Below are positions 29,879-40,056 of a stretch of DNA of 64,000 nt, one piece after another. Every line of letters begins with the position of its first letter. Positions within the stretch are counted from its first letter, which is position 1. Origin of the DNA: Trueperaceae bacterium (GTDB lineage Bacteria > Deinococcota > Deinococci > Deinococcales > Trueperaceae); the NCBI GenBank assembly GCA_965213705.1, contig OZ243913.1, positions 2,176,001-2,240,000 on the forward strand, read 5' to 3'. The translations under genes were made by a program, and so were the position numbers. The notes under the pieces were generated by a model, which saw nothing but the letters and a program-made list of their open reading frames with translations, searched no databases and had not been told where the DNA came from.

Positions 29879-30292
29879 ATGGACGTATTTCGCCCCAACA
29901 CCCCTGAGGCTGCAACTCCTCGAGCCAAGCCGTTCCGTGAGATCGTCTCCCAGGTCGAACAGGGCTACCCCTTCGACGCTTTCTTAGACCTGAGTGAGCG
30001 GCTTGGCGTGGCGCAAAGTCTGCTCGCCTTGGTGCTCAACATCAGCAGCAGCACCTTGCAGCGGCGGCGTGGCGGCGCGTTCGACGTGGCGGAGTCGGGA
30101 AGAATTTACCAGTTGGAAAAACTCGTCGACCTGGCCGAAGCGACCATCGGCGACGAGGGAGACGCCCGGCGCTGGCTGACGACGCTCAACCCGAACCTGG
30201 GTGCTCCACCTTTAGAGTTGGCCCGAACAGCGCCTGGGATAGAGGCCGTCACGCGCTACTTGGAGCAAATTCAAGCCGGAGTTTATCTCTGA
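29879..30292 (+). CDS. Xre/MbcA/ParS-type antitoxin
   Basis: HTH (LNISSSTLQRR) plus WLTTLNPNLGAPPLELA...GIEAV. Confidence 0.88.
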   Translation: MDVFRPNTPEAATPRAKPFREIVSQVEQGYPFDAFLDLSERLGVAQSLLALVLNISSSTLQRRRGGAFDVAESGRIYQLEKLVDLAEATIGDEGDARRWLTTLNPNLGAPPLELARTAPGIEAVTRYLEQIQAGVYL

Positions 30293-30294
30293 AG

Positions 30295-30801
30295 GTGTTC
30301 CGGCTCAGCAGTGAGCCTTATCATCAGCCGAAAGACGCCTTCAGCGGTGTGGGCGCAGCCAGGTGGGGCGGTCGCTGGAACGGTCCCGGTGTGAGTCTCG
30401 TCTATACCTCTTCTTCTCCCTCGCTGGCGGCCCTCGAGCGCCTGGTTCACACCTTCTCGGTACGTGGATTGGCAGGCTTGTGGATTTACAGCGTCGAGGT
30501 CGACGAAGATAACAGCCTCTACCTGCCCGACGACGAGCTGCCGCCGGACTGGGACCGGGTACCGGTGCCCCCGGATTGGCACGCGCCGCCCTTAAAAGAG
30601 ACGCAGCTCATCGGGAACGACTGGTGCGAGCGCAGTGCTTCGCTGCTGTTGCGAGTGCCGAGCGCGGTGGTGCCGGGCGAGTACAACTACCTGCTCAACC
30701 CGGCCCATCCTGCTTGGGGAACGGTGCGCCTCGAGCCGCCTCAACAGTTTCATTTTGACGAGCGCCTAAAAGGTTTGGTCGGGGCTTATGAGGCTCGGTA
30801 G
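30295..30801 (+). CDS. RES-domain toxin (NAD+ phosphorylase family)
   Basis: FSGVGAARWGGRWN, YTSSSPSLAALE, VPSAVVP...NYLLNPAHP. Confidence 0.9.
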   Translation: MFRLSSEPYHQPKDAFSGVGAARWGGRWNGPGVSLVYTSSSPSLAALERLVHTFSVRGLAGLWIYSVEVDEDNSLYLPDDELPPDWDRVPVPPDWHAPPLKETQLIGNDWCERSASLLLRVPSAVVPGEYNYLLNPAHPAWGTVRLEPPQQFHFDERLKGLVGAYEAR

Positions 30802-30828
30802 AGCTGACCCATCACAAGGAGTTTTGAG

Positions 30829-31029
30829 GTGAGATTCGACTCGCCCCCCAAACAGCTTAAACAACTTGGGCAAGAGAGTGAAGCGCGACGGCAAACTCAC
30901 CCGCTGACTTTGTACATGCCCGCCGCCAACCTCCTCATCCACGCTGTTCGCACTGATTTGCCGTTTCAGCCGCTTTGTTGCACCTGGCTCACTCACGGCC
31001 TCGTGCCAGGAAGCGCTTGCTACCACTAA
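30829..31029 (+). pseudogene. degenerate duplicate of the vapB-vapC junction
   Basis: CAACTTGGGCAAGAGAGTGAAGC...GGCAAACTCACCCGCTGAC...CCTCATCCACGC matches the ~29180-29355 segment. Confidence 0.8.
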
Positions 31030-31160
31030 CCCTGTGTCCGGGCGGCAGCTGCCTCTAAAGGCGAGCAAGCTTTAGACTATGCTCCCGCCCTTGGAGCAGT
31101 TGGTGAATGCCCTGGTGTTTGCCAACTACGGGGTTTGGTCTGTAGTCGAAAACCGGTTAG

Positions 31161-31906
31161 GGTAGTGCTAAAGAGGTAATGATTGGTTGTAGTGGTGAAT
31201 GAAGGTCCAGATAGCGCCGATGTGATTGTCGAGCTTTTTGGAGAAGGAAAGCGTTTTCCGCACCAACCTGGAGCAGCGTTGCCTGAGCGTGTTGTTGAAG
31301 CGCTCTGTGTGGTTGGTTTGCCCCGAATCTTTGCCGACCTGATGCAGCTTGTCAGCATAGAAAATCGCTTCGTAGGCGTGCCAGAAGTCGGTGTAGGTGT
31401 CTGCGTCCAGGTAACACTCGGGCAAACTCTGCCACAAACGAACAGCACCGTCCTCGTCCCGTGAACCGACGTAGCAACCGACGATTTCGCGTGTCGCTCG
31501 GTCCATTGCCAACCACACCCACTGTTTGTTTTGCTTGCTGTCGACAAATGACCATAGTTCGTCACATTCGATGACTAGAGCCCTTTTTTAGCCTTGACCT
31601 GAACTTGCTTCTCGACAACTTCGTATTTCTCGTTGACGTAAGCTTGCAACCATGTCTCAGAAACGTCTTCAACACGCGCAATGCCTGCTAAAGAAAGTTT
31701 CTCCAAAAGCAGTTTGTCGATACGCGCTTTGGTTTCTTCGCTGATGGTTTTGTTCGTTGGGTTCAAGACAAACTGTCTGCCACAGTCTTTACACAGGTAA
31801 CGCTGCTTGCCGTTGTGGATATGGCCGTTCTTGATGGTTTGTTCGCTCTGACAGTTTGGACATGCGTTCATGCTTTAGCTTAAACCATTACCTGTGAGGC
31901 ACTACC
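31161..31906 (-). mobile_element. IS1-family insertion sequence
   Basis: terminal IRs GGTAGTGC....AGGTAATG; 8-bp target duplication CCGGTTAG (31153-31160 and 31907-31914); InsA zinc ribbon (31575-31871) and InsB joined by a -1 frameshift at an A6 run. Confidence 0.95.
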
Positions 31907-32039
31907 CCGGTTAGTCAGCCATCGACCTCCAGATACATATTTTTGTATCGAGCGTTTACACTGTCCTGAACGGGTTTTCTATTGACCTGTGTGCCGGAAG
32001 TGTACCAAACTGAGTCATTCGACTGAAGGAGGCAAGGCG

Positions 32040-33184
32040 GTGGCAGGTCAAATCATCGAACGCGGCAAAGGTAAGCACGTCGTCAGGGTGTTTTTAGGGC
32101 GCGACGCCGAGATGGGCAAGCGCAAGTACCTCAACAAAACGGTGGCGGGCACCAAGAAGGACGCGCAAAAAGTTTTGACCGCGCTGCTCCGCAACAAAGA
32201 CCTCGGCATGTTGACCGAGGTCACCCGTCTGACCCTAAAGGACTATCTCGAGCACTGGTTGGAAGTGGCGGCCAAGCCGAGTCTGACCGAACACACGCAC
32301 AAAGAATACAGCTCGCTGATGCGTCGCTACGTCTATCCGGACCTCGGGACGCGGCGGCTCACCGACCTCACGCCCACCGAGGTGCAGGCGCTCTACACCA
32401 CCATGCTTAAACCGGGCGGCTTCAACGCCAAAGGCTTGTCACCCAGAACAGTCCGCTACACCCACGCCGTGCTTCATAAGGCGCTCGGGCAGGCGGTCAA
32501 GTGGCGCATGACGGGCCAGAACGTGGCCCAACTCGTGGACTTGCCCAAACTTCGCAGGCAGGAAATGAAGGCGCTTTCGGAGGCGGAGGCCGGTCGGTTC
32601 CTGCAGCGGCGAAGGCTGACCTGCGCCACGCCTTTTTCGCTCTCCTAGTGGGCACAGGTCTCAGGTCCGGCGAGGCCTTGGGGCTGAAGTGGGCTGACCT
32701 CAACGTTGCCGACGGGTCGCTTCACATTCAGCGGGTGTGGGCGCGGGCACGGTCGGGCTACAAGTTTCAAGCCCCCAAAACCGCCAAAAGTCGCCAACGG
32801 CTCAAACTGCCCGTCGGGCTCGTAACGGTTCCTCTCGAGCACCGCAGCCGTCAAGCACCCAACGATTTGGACTTGGTTTTTGCAAGCGAGGTGGGCACCC
32901 CGCTCAACGAGCGAAACGTTTCCAACCGACATTTCAAACCGACGCTCGAGCGGGCGGGCTTGCCGCGTAGCTTGCGCCTCTACGACCTGCGCCACACCCA
33001 CGCTACCCTTTTGCTCATAGCCGGAACCCATCCCAAAATCGTGTCCGAGCGCTTGGGCCACGCCACCGTCACCCTGACCCTCGACACCTACAGCCACGTT
33101 CTCCCAGGTATGCAAACCGATTCCGCCCAAAAGCTCGACGAGATATTGTTCCAAGCCGAGCCCGAAGTGCGCGCTTACAACTAG
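32040..33184 (+). pseudogene. tyrosine integrase with a 1-bp frameshift near 32601
   Basis: arm/core domains in one frame; GTGLRSGE, YDLRHTHAT, SERLGHA, TYSH in the other; GAAGGAGG RBS. Confidence 0.88.
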
Positions 33185-33205
33185 GCTGGTCTTTAGGGTT
33201 TCCGC

Positions 33206-33601
33206 CTACGTGCGCCAGACATCGACGCCCAGCACGTCAAAGTCGGCGTCGAAGGTCCACACGGGCACCTTCAGGGTGTGCGACAGCACGGCAAGACAAG
33301 CGTCGAACAAACTGATGCGCTGGTCTGAAAAACGTTTGAGAAGGGCGCGGGCCCGTAGGTAGTCGTCAGTGGACGGGTTGATGAGGTCGCTGCCCCTGAG
33401 CAGGGCGTCCAAATACATGTGGCCGAACTGAGGCGTTTCGCGCCGCAACAGCAGGCTCTGCGTTTCGGTCAAGGTACTCGTGCTGACGACCAAGCGCATT
33501 TTCTGTCGTTTGAGGTCCGCTAGCTCGAGTTGGGCGCGCTCGTGCAGCGCGTCCCGCCGCATCGCGAGCGCGTATAGAGGTCCGGTATCGGCCAGGATCA
33601 C
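33206..33601 (-). CDS. PIN-domain (VapC-like) toxin
   Basis: ILADTGPLYA, DALH, SLFDAC, TFDADF. Confidence 0.85.
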   Translation of the reverse strand: MILADTGPLYALAMRRDALHERAQLELADLKRQKMRLVVSTSTLTETQSLLLRRETPQFGHMYLDALLRGSDLINPSTDDYLRARALLKRFSDQRISLFDACLAVLSHTLKVPVWTFDADFDVLGVDVWRT

Positions 33602-33837
33602 AGGTAAGCGTCATGGTTTAAGCTGACGTCCGGTTCGACCTCGCTGTCGGAGACCGGCAGCTCGAGCGCCCCTTCTGCCGTCCGGTGACCCCGCTTAGAC
33701 CACTTTTGCCGGTCTAAGTAATCTGCCAAGGCGGTGTTGACTAGGGTGCTAAGGCTGGGCGGGACATTCTCCCGCTCGAGGTACTCGAGAACCTTGGTTT
33801 CGACCTCGTCCGTAAAGGTGACCGACGCGCGTTTCAT
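33598..33837 (-). CDS. RHH-type antitoxin
   Basis: MKRASVTFTDE...LSTLVNTALADYL; ends SLNHDAYL and overlaps the PIN start (GTGA). Confidence 0.75.
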   Translation of the reverse strand: MKRASVTFTDEVETKVLEYLERENVPPSLSTLVNTALADYLDRQKWSKRGHRTAEGALELPVSDSEVEPDVSLNHDAYL

Positions 33838-33967
33838 ACCTACAAGTCTACACCACATGGTGCGTCTGGTGGAGATTTGGTGACCTTCCTGGCCGCCGGG
33901 CGCGTCTTAGTCGCGGTCCGTCTCGCAGCCCCGCCGTATGGCTCAACACCGTTTTGTAAGCTTTCGG

Positions 33968-34020
33968 TGGCACACAGGAGAACACCTTGGCTGATTTTGG
34001 CACACTATTGGCACACAAAT
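33968..34020. promoter_or_regulatory. putative integrase arm-type sites (three TGGCACAC)
   Basis: counterpart of 8319-8342. Confidence 0.7.
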
Positions 34021-34025
34021 AAAGA

Positions 34026-34057
34026 AAAAGTGGCCGGAATCGTTCCGGCCACTTTTT
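34026..34057. terminator. bidirectional terminator-like hairpin downstream of the tRNA
   Basis: AAAAGTGGCCGGAA-TCG-TTCCGGCCACTTTT. Confidence 0.75.
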
Positions 34058-34085
34058 ACTTTTGCCGTCTCTGACGGGTTTTCTT

Positions 34086-34162
34086 TGGTAGCGACGGAGA
34101 GACTTGAACTCTCGACCTCACGATTATGAGTCGTGCGCTCTAACCAGCTGAGCTACATCGCC
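34086..34162 (-). tRNA. tRNA with CAU anticodon (Ile2/lysidine or elongator Met)
   Basis: GGCGATGTAGCTCAGCTGGTTAGAGCGCACGACTCATAATCGTGAGGTCGAGAGTTCAAGTCTCTCCGTCGCTACCA folds as a cloverleaf with encoded CCA. Confidence 0.95.
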
Positions 34163-34365
34163 ACGCTGCGTAACAGCCTGCAAAGTATAGCACGCTCTTT
34201 GACGACAGGCGAGACCTACCGGCGCACATGCCCAAGCGAAGGGCGGGTCCGCCAAAGTTTCGCCGGTTCGGTTGCGCTGTCGGGCCGACGTGACATTTCT
34301 AACAACCCGCGTAGGCATGAAGAAAGTTGCAGTTTTTGTAAGAGCCCTCGACTATACTCAACCTC

Positions 34366-34863
34366 GTGTTAGAACCTTCCCTCGAGCTGTACGGTGAAAC
34401 CTTCGAGCAGGTCTGTGAGCTTTTGACCGAGCTGGTCAAAAACAGCTACGCCCGGTACGCCGTCATTATCGACCTAAAGGGGTTCGTTCTGGCTCACACC
34501 AAAGCTCTGTGGGCACCCAAACCGCCTTCGCTGGACTCGCTCGCGACCCTCATAGCCTCCAACTACTCGGCTAACCTGGCTATCGCCCACCTGTTCGGTG
34601 AGAACGGGTTCAAAGAGATGGTGCAACAAGGTGACGGGGTCGGCATGTACGTCGAGGAATTGGGTACCAAAGCCTTGCTAGTTACCGTGTTCGACGAGCG
34701 CGCGGTTTTAGGCCGGGTCAAGCTGTTTACAAAGAAGACGGTTTCCGCTATCGAACAAGCCCTGGCCGACAATACCGAACCGCCGCCCAAACTTGAGTTC
34801 GACGACACGTGGCAGGCTTCAAACCAAACGTTACTCGACGGCCTGTTCGGGGGTAAGTCATGA
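34366..34863 (+). CDS. mglB: roadblock/LC7 protein (MglB, GTPase-activating protein)
   Basis: [22 protein letters not shown]; directly upstream of mglA. Confidence 0.88.
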   Translation: MLEPSLELYGETFEQVCELLTELVKNSYARYAVIIDLKGFVLAHTKALWAPKPPSLDSLATLIASNYSANLAIAHLFGENGFKEMVQQGDGVGMYVEELGTKALLVTVFDERAVLGRVKLFTKKTVSAIEQALADNTEPPPKLEFDDTWQASNQTLLDGLFGGKS

Positions 34864-35450
34864 GCACCATCAACTTTTCGGCGCGTGAAATCAACTTCAA
34901 GGTCGTCTACTACGGTCCGGGCTTGTCGGGCAAAACGACCAACCTCAAGAAAATCTACGAGCAAGTGCCTGCGGGTGCCAAGGGCGAACTGGTCAGCTTG
35001 GCGACAGAGGACGAGCGCACCCTGTTTTTCGACTTTTTGCCGCTGGATCTAGGCCAAGTCAACGGTTTTAAGACGCGTTTTCACCTCTACACGGTGCCGG
35101 GTCAGGTGTTTTACAACTCGAGCCGCAAACTCATCTTGCGCGGGGTCGACGGGGTGGTCTTCGTCGCGGACTCCGCACCCAACCGCCTGCGCGCCAACGC
35201 CGAATCCTTGCGCAACCTGCGCGAAAACATGGCCGAGTACAACCTTCACTTGGGCGACATTCCCTACGTCGTCCAAATCAACAAACGCGACCTACCCGAC
35301 GCCGTCCCCGCCGAGATGATTCAAAAAATTCTCGACCCCAAAGGGCAAATTCAATTTTTCGAGGCCGTCGCCAACGACTTCAAAGGAGTTAGAGAGCCGC
35401 TTCAAGCCGTGTCGCAACTTGTGTTTGAAAAGCTGTCACAAAAGGCCTGA
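34860..35450 (+). CDS. mglA: Ras-like GTPase MglA
   Basis: [35 protein letters not shown]. Confidence 0.95.
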   Translation: MSTINFSAREINFKVVYYGPGLSGKTTNLKKIYEQVPAGAKGELVSLATEDERTLFFDFLPLDLGQVNGFKTRFHLYTVPGQVFYNSSRKLILRGVDGVVFVADSAPNRLRANAESLRNLRENMAEYNLHLGDIPYVVQINKRDLPDAVPAEMIQKILDPKGQIQFFEAVANDFKGVREPLQAVSQLVFEKLSQKA

Positions 35451-35743
35451 CGACCACACCTCGGTTCTGCTGGACGTTCGCCACACCGGTTCGCCACACC
35501 ACAAAGCGTTTCAGGACGAGCACGAAAACCGAGTTTCCGACGACTGTCAAAGGTAGCCGAATTCCGCCCGATTTCTGAAGTGGCCCTGGAAGAAGCGTTG
35601 CTCAGGAAAAGCGTCGGTGGTTTGTGGCGTATGTCTCAAGCCTACTCGCTTTGGGCTGAAGTGCTCGAGAATTCTGGTATCACCGTAGCTTGACCCTGAA
35701 AACAGCCGGCCTAGAACGTGCGCCGACCGTTTATACTTCGGTC

Positions 35744-35932
35744 ATGCCAAACGCGTTTCGTCAGTTTTTACTTCTAGCCGGGCTCGTCGCGATTGGGCTC
35801 GCGTTTTGGAGTGTCGTCGGGGACATCCGCGCGAGCAGCGCGGGCGTGGTGCAACAAAACTACGTGCGGCCGCTGCTGCTGTCCATTTTGGGCGGCGCGC
35901 TGCTGAGCGCGAGTCGCTACAAGAACTCCTGA
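35744..35932 (+). CDS. small two-TM membrane protein
   Basis: two hydrophobic helices. Confidence 0.5.
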   Translation: MPNAFRQFLLLAGLVAIGLAFWSVVGDIRASSAGVVQQNYVRPLLLSILGGALLSASRYKNS

Positions 35933-36018
35933 CGGCTCATCCTTCTGGCGGATGAGCTTTTTGTTGGTCCGCAGCATACTTGAACTAGGCGTCGCACCAC
36001 GAAAGGAGGGACGCAGCT

Positions 36019-36630
36019 ATGGTTTGGACGCAGCTTTCGACCTTGCAGCAGGTGTTTTGGGTGTTGGCCGTACTGGGGAGTGTTTTCTTCGGGGTCTCGA
36101 GCTTGCTCTCGTTCGCGGGCGTCGGCGACGCGGACGCAGGTCTCGACGCAGGTTTGGATGCGGACGTCAGCACGGACTTGGACACAAGCTCAAACGGAGC
36201 GGGGCACGAGGCGCTGGAATACCTGAGCTTGCGCAACCTCCTCGCCTTTGCGCTCGGCTTCGGCTGGACGGGCGTGCTGTTCGCACCGGCGCTGGGCGCG
36301 TTGTCGCTCCTTGTGGCGGTTCCGGCGGGCTTGGCGTTCGGTTGGGCGAACATTCGGTTGACGCGCTCGCTGCACGGGTTGGAGAGTTCCGGCAACGCCA
36401 ACCCCTACGACGCCATCGGCCAGGACGCGCGCGTGAGCGTGCGTATCGACCCCCGCCGCAGCAGTTCCGGCAAGGTCGTGGTGCGCGTCCGCGACCGCGA
36501 GTTGGAACTGCTCGCCGTGACCGAGGACGCCTCGGCGCTAAACCGCGGCGAGCGCGTGCAGGTTTACGGTGTCGAGAACGGGCATTTGCTCGTCTCGAGG
36601 GACGACAAACTCGGCATTCGCGCGCTTTAG
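36019..36630 (+). CDS. NfeD/YqiJ-like membrane protein (flotillin partner)
   Basis: TM helices plus a C-terminal OB-like domain; upstream of flotillin; AGGAGG RBS. Confidence 0.8.
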   Translation: MVWTQLSTLQQVFWVLAVLGSVFFGVSSLLSFAGVGDADAGLDAGLDADVSTDLDTSSNGAGHEALEYLSLRNLLAFALGFGWTGVLFAPALGALSLLVAVPAGLAFGWANIRLTRSLHGLESSGNANPYDAIGQDARVSVRIDPRRSSSGKVVVRVRDRELELLAVTEDASALNRGERVQVYGVENGHLLVSRDDKLGIRAL

Positions 36631-36767
36631 GTGCTGTCGCCTTGGGTGCTGCCGACATCGACCGTTTAAGAAACAGGCTTCACCTCTCGAGGAACGTGCA
36701 AGTGTCAGGATTTCGCAGACTTTCTACCGCAGACTTTCTACTTCCCGCTGGCGACACGGTAACTATT

Positions 36768-37844
36768 TAGGACTTACGCACACAACTGCATAGGAATAGC
36801 AGGATGTTTGAGCTGCTGTCTCATGTAGTTGTCGAGTTGTCCAAACTTAAGCTGATAAACAGTGGTGCCGAGTCGAGTAGCAAAGCGCTTAAGCTGCGCC
36901 CAGACCAAGAAAGAACAAGCGATGTGGTTTCTCAGGGCTCTGGACATGCGGCATTGACAACCTTCAAGACCCGTTACTTGTTTGGCTTCACGGTGAAACT
37001 GCTCAATCTTCCAGCGAACGCCGCAGTGATGTTTCACAACGTCCGAGTCGTCCTGAGTCATGTCATTGGTGACAATACAATCCGTGCGCTCGGTAGAGAC
37101 CGCTAGCCGGAACAGTTTCATACGGTGACCTTTGGGCATCTTTTTGAGGTGAATCGTCTTGCCTTCTCTCAGTTCTTCGTCGCTCCAGTCTAAGCTGTCA
37201 ACACGCTGATGTTTTCTCTCACCCTCGCTGTCATCAACGTGACGGTTCGTTTTGATGGGGCAGTAGTAGATTTTCTCTAACGACTCGATATATTTGATAA
37301 CTTGCATGGAGGCGTACCAGCTATCCATCAGCACCGTCTTGAAAGAGAGTCTCTTGCCGTGCAGAACGTTGTCGAGCATTTCCAGCATGTGCTTGATTTT
37401 GCTCTGCTCATCCCCCTCGGGGTCATACACCCGAAAGTCAATCACCCAGAACTGCTGCGTCTCAGGATTGACGTAGACGCACGTTACTACCCCGATGCCG
37501 TAGATGACCCGCTTTTCGTTCCCGCTCCACTGCCGCCTAACTAAGCGTGAATGGCGGCTATGGCGTTTGTCCAGCACCACATCGTCAAACAACACATAGC
37601 CCTGTTCGCTCAGCACCACATCCTCTCGCACGTTCTCCCACAGGGTTCTCGGTGTCAGCGTATCCAGCCGTAAAAAGCGATTCATGCTGTCGTGGCTATA
37701 ACGCTCGCTATGGTCTGCCAGGTACGTCTGTGTGTAGTTGATTTGGCTACTAATCAAAAACTGACAGTAGTCCAACCGGTGTTGCTGATAGTCCATAGCC
37801 CATGCCAGCAAGTCTTTTCATTTGAAGCGTGTGCGTAAGTCCTA
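36768..37844 (-). mobile_element. IS701-family insertion sequence with transposase (36774-~37811)
   Basis: IRs TAGGACTTACGCACAC / GTGTGCGTAAGTCCTA; 4-bp target duplication TATT; DDE motifs FDD, MDSWY, RWKIEQFHREAKQ. Confidence 0.93.
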
Positions 37845-37906
37845 TATTAAGGCAAGCGTCCTGAAACCTCAACAGCGCCCAATTCTCTCAGCCCCAAGGA
37901 GGCAGC

Positions 37907-39319
37907 ATGACGATTCTCGGCAACAGCGCCATCATTCTCGGCATCCTCGTCGTCTTCGCGATTTTGGTTCTGGTCTACTGGCTCAACCGTTACCGGCGCT
38001 GCCCCAGCAACAAGGTGTTGGTGGTTTACGGGCGGGTCGGCAGCGGCAAAAGTGCCAAGGTCGTCCACGGCGGCGGCACCTTCGTGTGGCCTATCGTCCA
38101 GGACTTCGCCTACCTCGACCTGACGCCCATGACCATCGACATCAACCTCAAAAACGCGCTCTCCAAGCAGAACATCCGCGTGGACGTGCCGAGCCGCTTC
38201 ACGGTCGCCATCAGCACCGACCAGCAGAGCATGATCAACGCCGCCGAGCGTTTGCTGGGCCAGCAGCGTGAAGAAATCGAGGACTTGGCTAAAGACATCA
38301 TCTTCGGTCAACTGCGCGCGACGATTGCCACGATGGACATCGAGGAAATCAACGCCGACCGCGAGCGCTTCGAGAAAAACGTGATGGACAACATCGAGAC
38401 CGAACTGCGCAAGGTGGGTTTGGGCGTCATCAACGTGAACATTTCCGACATCAGCGACGAGGGCGGTTACATCGAGGCTTTGGGCAAAAAGGCGAGCGCG
38501 CAAGCCGTCAACCAGGCGAAAATCGACGCGGCCGAGGCCGAGAAAAAGGGCGAGAGCGGTCGCGCCCTGGCGCTGCAAGACCAGCGCGTCGCCGTAGCTC
38601 AGGCCGAAGCACAGGCGCAACTCGGCGAGAACAGCTCTCGAGCCCGAATCGCCGACTCCGAGGCGCAACTTCAGGTGGCCGAGGCCGAAGCGCGTAAGCT
38701 CGCCACCGTCGCCGAACGCACCCGCGCCGCCCAGGCCGAGATGGAAGCCTACCGCGCAGAGCAGGCGGCGCAGTTAGAGCGCGCCAAGGCCGAAGAAGCC
38801 AAACTTCAGGCCGAGCGCATCGTCCCGACCCGCATCGCCCAGCAAAAGGCCGTCATCGACGCCGAGGCGACCGCCGAGAGCGAAAAACGCCTCGGCGCGG
38901 GCGAGGCCGAACGGCTCCGCGCCGTGCTGAGCGGCCAGGCCGCCGGTCTGGCCGAAATCGTCAAGGCGGCGGGCGGCGACGCTGCAGCCGCCGTGCAACT
39001 CCTCTACGTCCAGCAACTCCCCGAACTGTTGCGCATCCAGACCGAAGCCCTCAAGCAGGTGCATTTCGGCGACATTACCCTTATCGGCGGCGCGCAGGAA
39101 GGGCAGAGCGGCATCGCAAACGTGCTCAAAGAACTCACGGTCGGCATGGCCGGGGCGGGCGCCATCGGTGACCAACTCGGCATCCCGTTTTTGCAAAAAT
39201 TGAACGGCGAGACCGGCAAAGCGGCGCACAAGGCGGTGCTCGAGCCCAAACCGCCTCGGGTGTCGGCCGGCCACCCGCCAGCGGATATTCCGCGAGAAAT
39301 CGTCGAGGTGGGGGACTAG
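37907..39319 (+). CDS. flotillin / SPFH-domain protein
   Basis: N-terminal TM, GGGTFVWP, GQLRATIATMDIEEIN, AE-rich coiled coil. Confidence 0.92.
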   Translation: MTILGNSAIILGILVVFAILVLVYWLNRYRRCPSNKVLVVYGRVGSGKSAKVVHGGGTFVWPIVQDFAYLDLTPMTIDINLKNALSKQNIRVDVPSRFTVAISTDQQSMINAAERLLGQQREEIEDLAKDIIFGQLRATIATMDIEEINADRERFEKNVMDNIETELRKVGLGVINVNISDISDEGGYIEALGKKASAQAVNQAKIDAAEAEKKGESGRALALQDQRVAVAQAEAQAQLGENSSRARIADSEAQLQVAEAEARKLATVAERTRAAQAEMEAYRAEQAAQLERAKAEEAKLQAERIVPTRIAQQKAVIDAEATAESEKRLGAGEAERLRAVLSGQAAGLAEIVKAAGGDAAAAVQLLYVQQLPELLRIQTEALKQVHFGDITLIGGAQEGQSGIANVLKELTVGMAGAGAIGDQLGIPFLQKLNGETGKAAHKAVLEPKPPRVSAGHPPADIPREIVEVGD

Positions 39320-39368
39320 GCCGTTGTAGACCGGTAGCGAAAAACTGACCAGACACTGCCCGGACAAC

Positions 39369-39398
39369 AAAAGCCCCCTCGAGCCGGCTCGAGGGGGC
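39369..39398. terminator. terminator hairpin between convergent genes
   Basis: AAAAGCCCCCTCGAGCCGGCTCGAGGGGGCT. Confidence 0.65.
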
Positions 39399-39415
39399 TA
39401 CACTCGCCTTAACTG

Positions 39416-39922
39416 CTATCCCTGGGTGTTTGCGCAGCTTTCCAAAATGGGCACAGGGTCGGACAAGAGCCTGTAGTTGTAGGTGCCGAACTGTAAGAAA
39501 AGTCGAGTTTTACCCGCTAGCGTGGGATTAACGACGATCGCCTGCGGCGCGGCGTTGGCCCGAATTTCGTAGTTGACGGTTACACGGTTGGTTGCAGCGT
39601 TGTAGTCGACAAAAGCACTGTTGAGGTCGAGCGAGATACGGCCCGCTATCCTGTCCGTCTCGACGCCTTTGAGGTAAGATTCCCAGCTTTGCAAGTTGCC
39701 GTTGAAAGTGAACGAGTAGGTAAAGTTGGTCGTGCGGTCGTTGCAGATGACGTCTTGAAGTTCACCGTCCACTGTGGCTTCAAAGTCCGTTCCGTAGGTG
39801 GCGTTGGAAATAGTCAGGCCGGGCGGTAAACCGACTTCGCCTTCGAAGTTACCACTGAAGGTACAAGAAGCGAGCAGCGTAGTTATCAAGACAACAAGCG
39901 ACAATGCTAAACGTTTTTTCAT
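39416..39922 (-). CDS. putative lipoprotein
   Basis: signal peptide with an LASC lipobox. Confidence 0.75.
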   Translation of the reverse strand: MKKRLALSLVVLITTLLASCTFSGNFEGEVGLPPGLTISNATYGTDFEATVDGELQDVICNDRTTNFTYSFTFNGNLQSWESYLKGVETDRIAGRISLDLNSAFVDYNAATNRVTVNYEIRANAAPQAIVVNPTLAGKTRLFLQFGTYNYRLLSDPVPILESCANTQG

Positions 39923-40056
39923 TTCCCCTCCTCATGGGTTATCAGGCCCAGTGTATGAGACTGGGGTGAACGCAGCCTAGCAGGTTCATGAAGGCGTCTT
40001 TAAGGCTTATTTCACTTTATACAGGTGAGACAGGCGCTTTAGGTACACTGGCCCGC

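Larger units (their letters stand above)
8146..34132. mobile_element. tRNA-integrated genomic island (eroded integrative mobilisable element) carrying type I-E CRISPR-Cas
   Basis: 47-bp direct repeat of the tRNA 3' part at both ends, integrase near the tRNA end, excisionase-like gene, arm-type repeats, ArdC gene and VirD4 relic. Confidence 0.9.

Noticed and set aside
33841..33848. TACAAGTC match of the mini-array spacer seed upstream of the last TA pair
   Set aside because: Only 8 nt, preceded by ACC rather than an AAG-like PAM; expected by chance in 64 kb.
8146..34132. Island as a CRISPR-associated transposon or prophage
   Set aside because: No tns genes and no capsid, terminase or tail genes; Cas3 and the adaptation genes are intact, and integration is by tyrosine recombinase at a tRNA.
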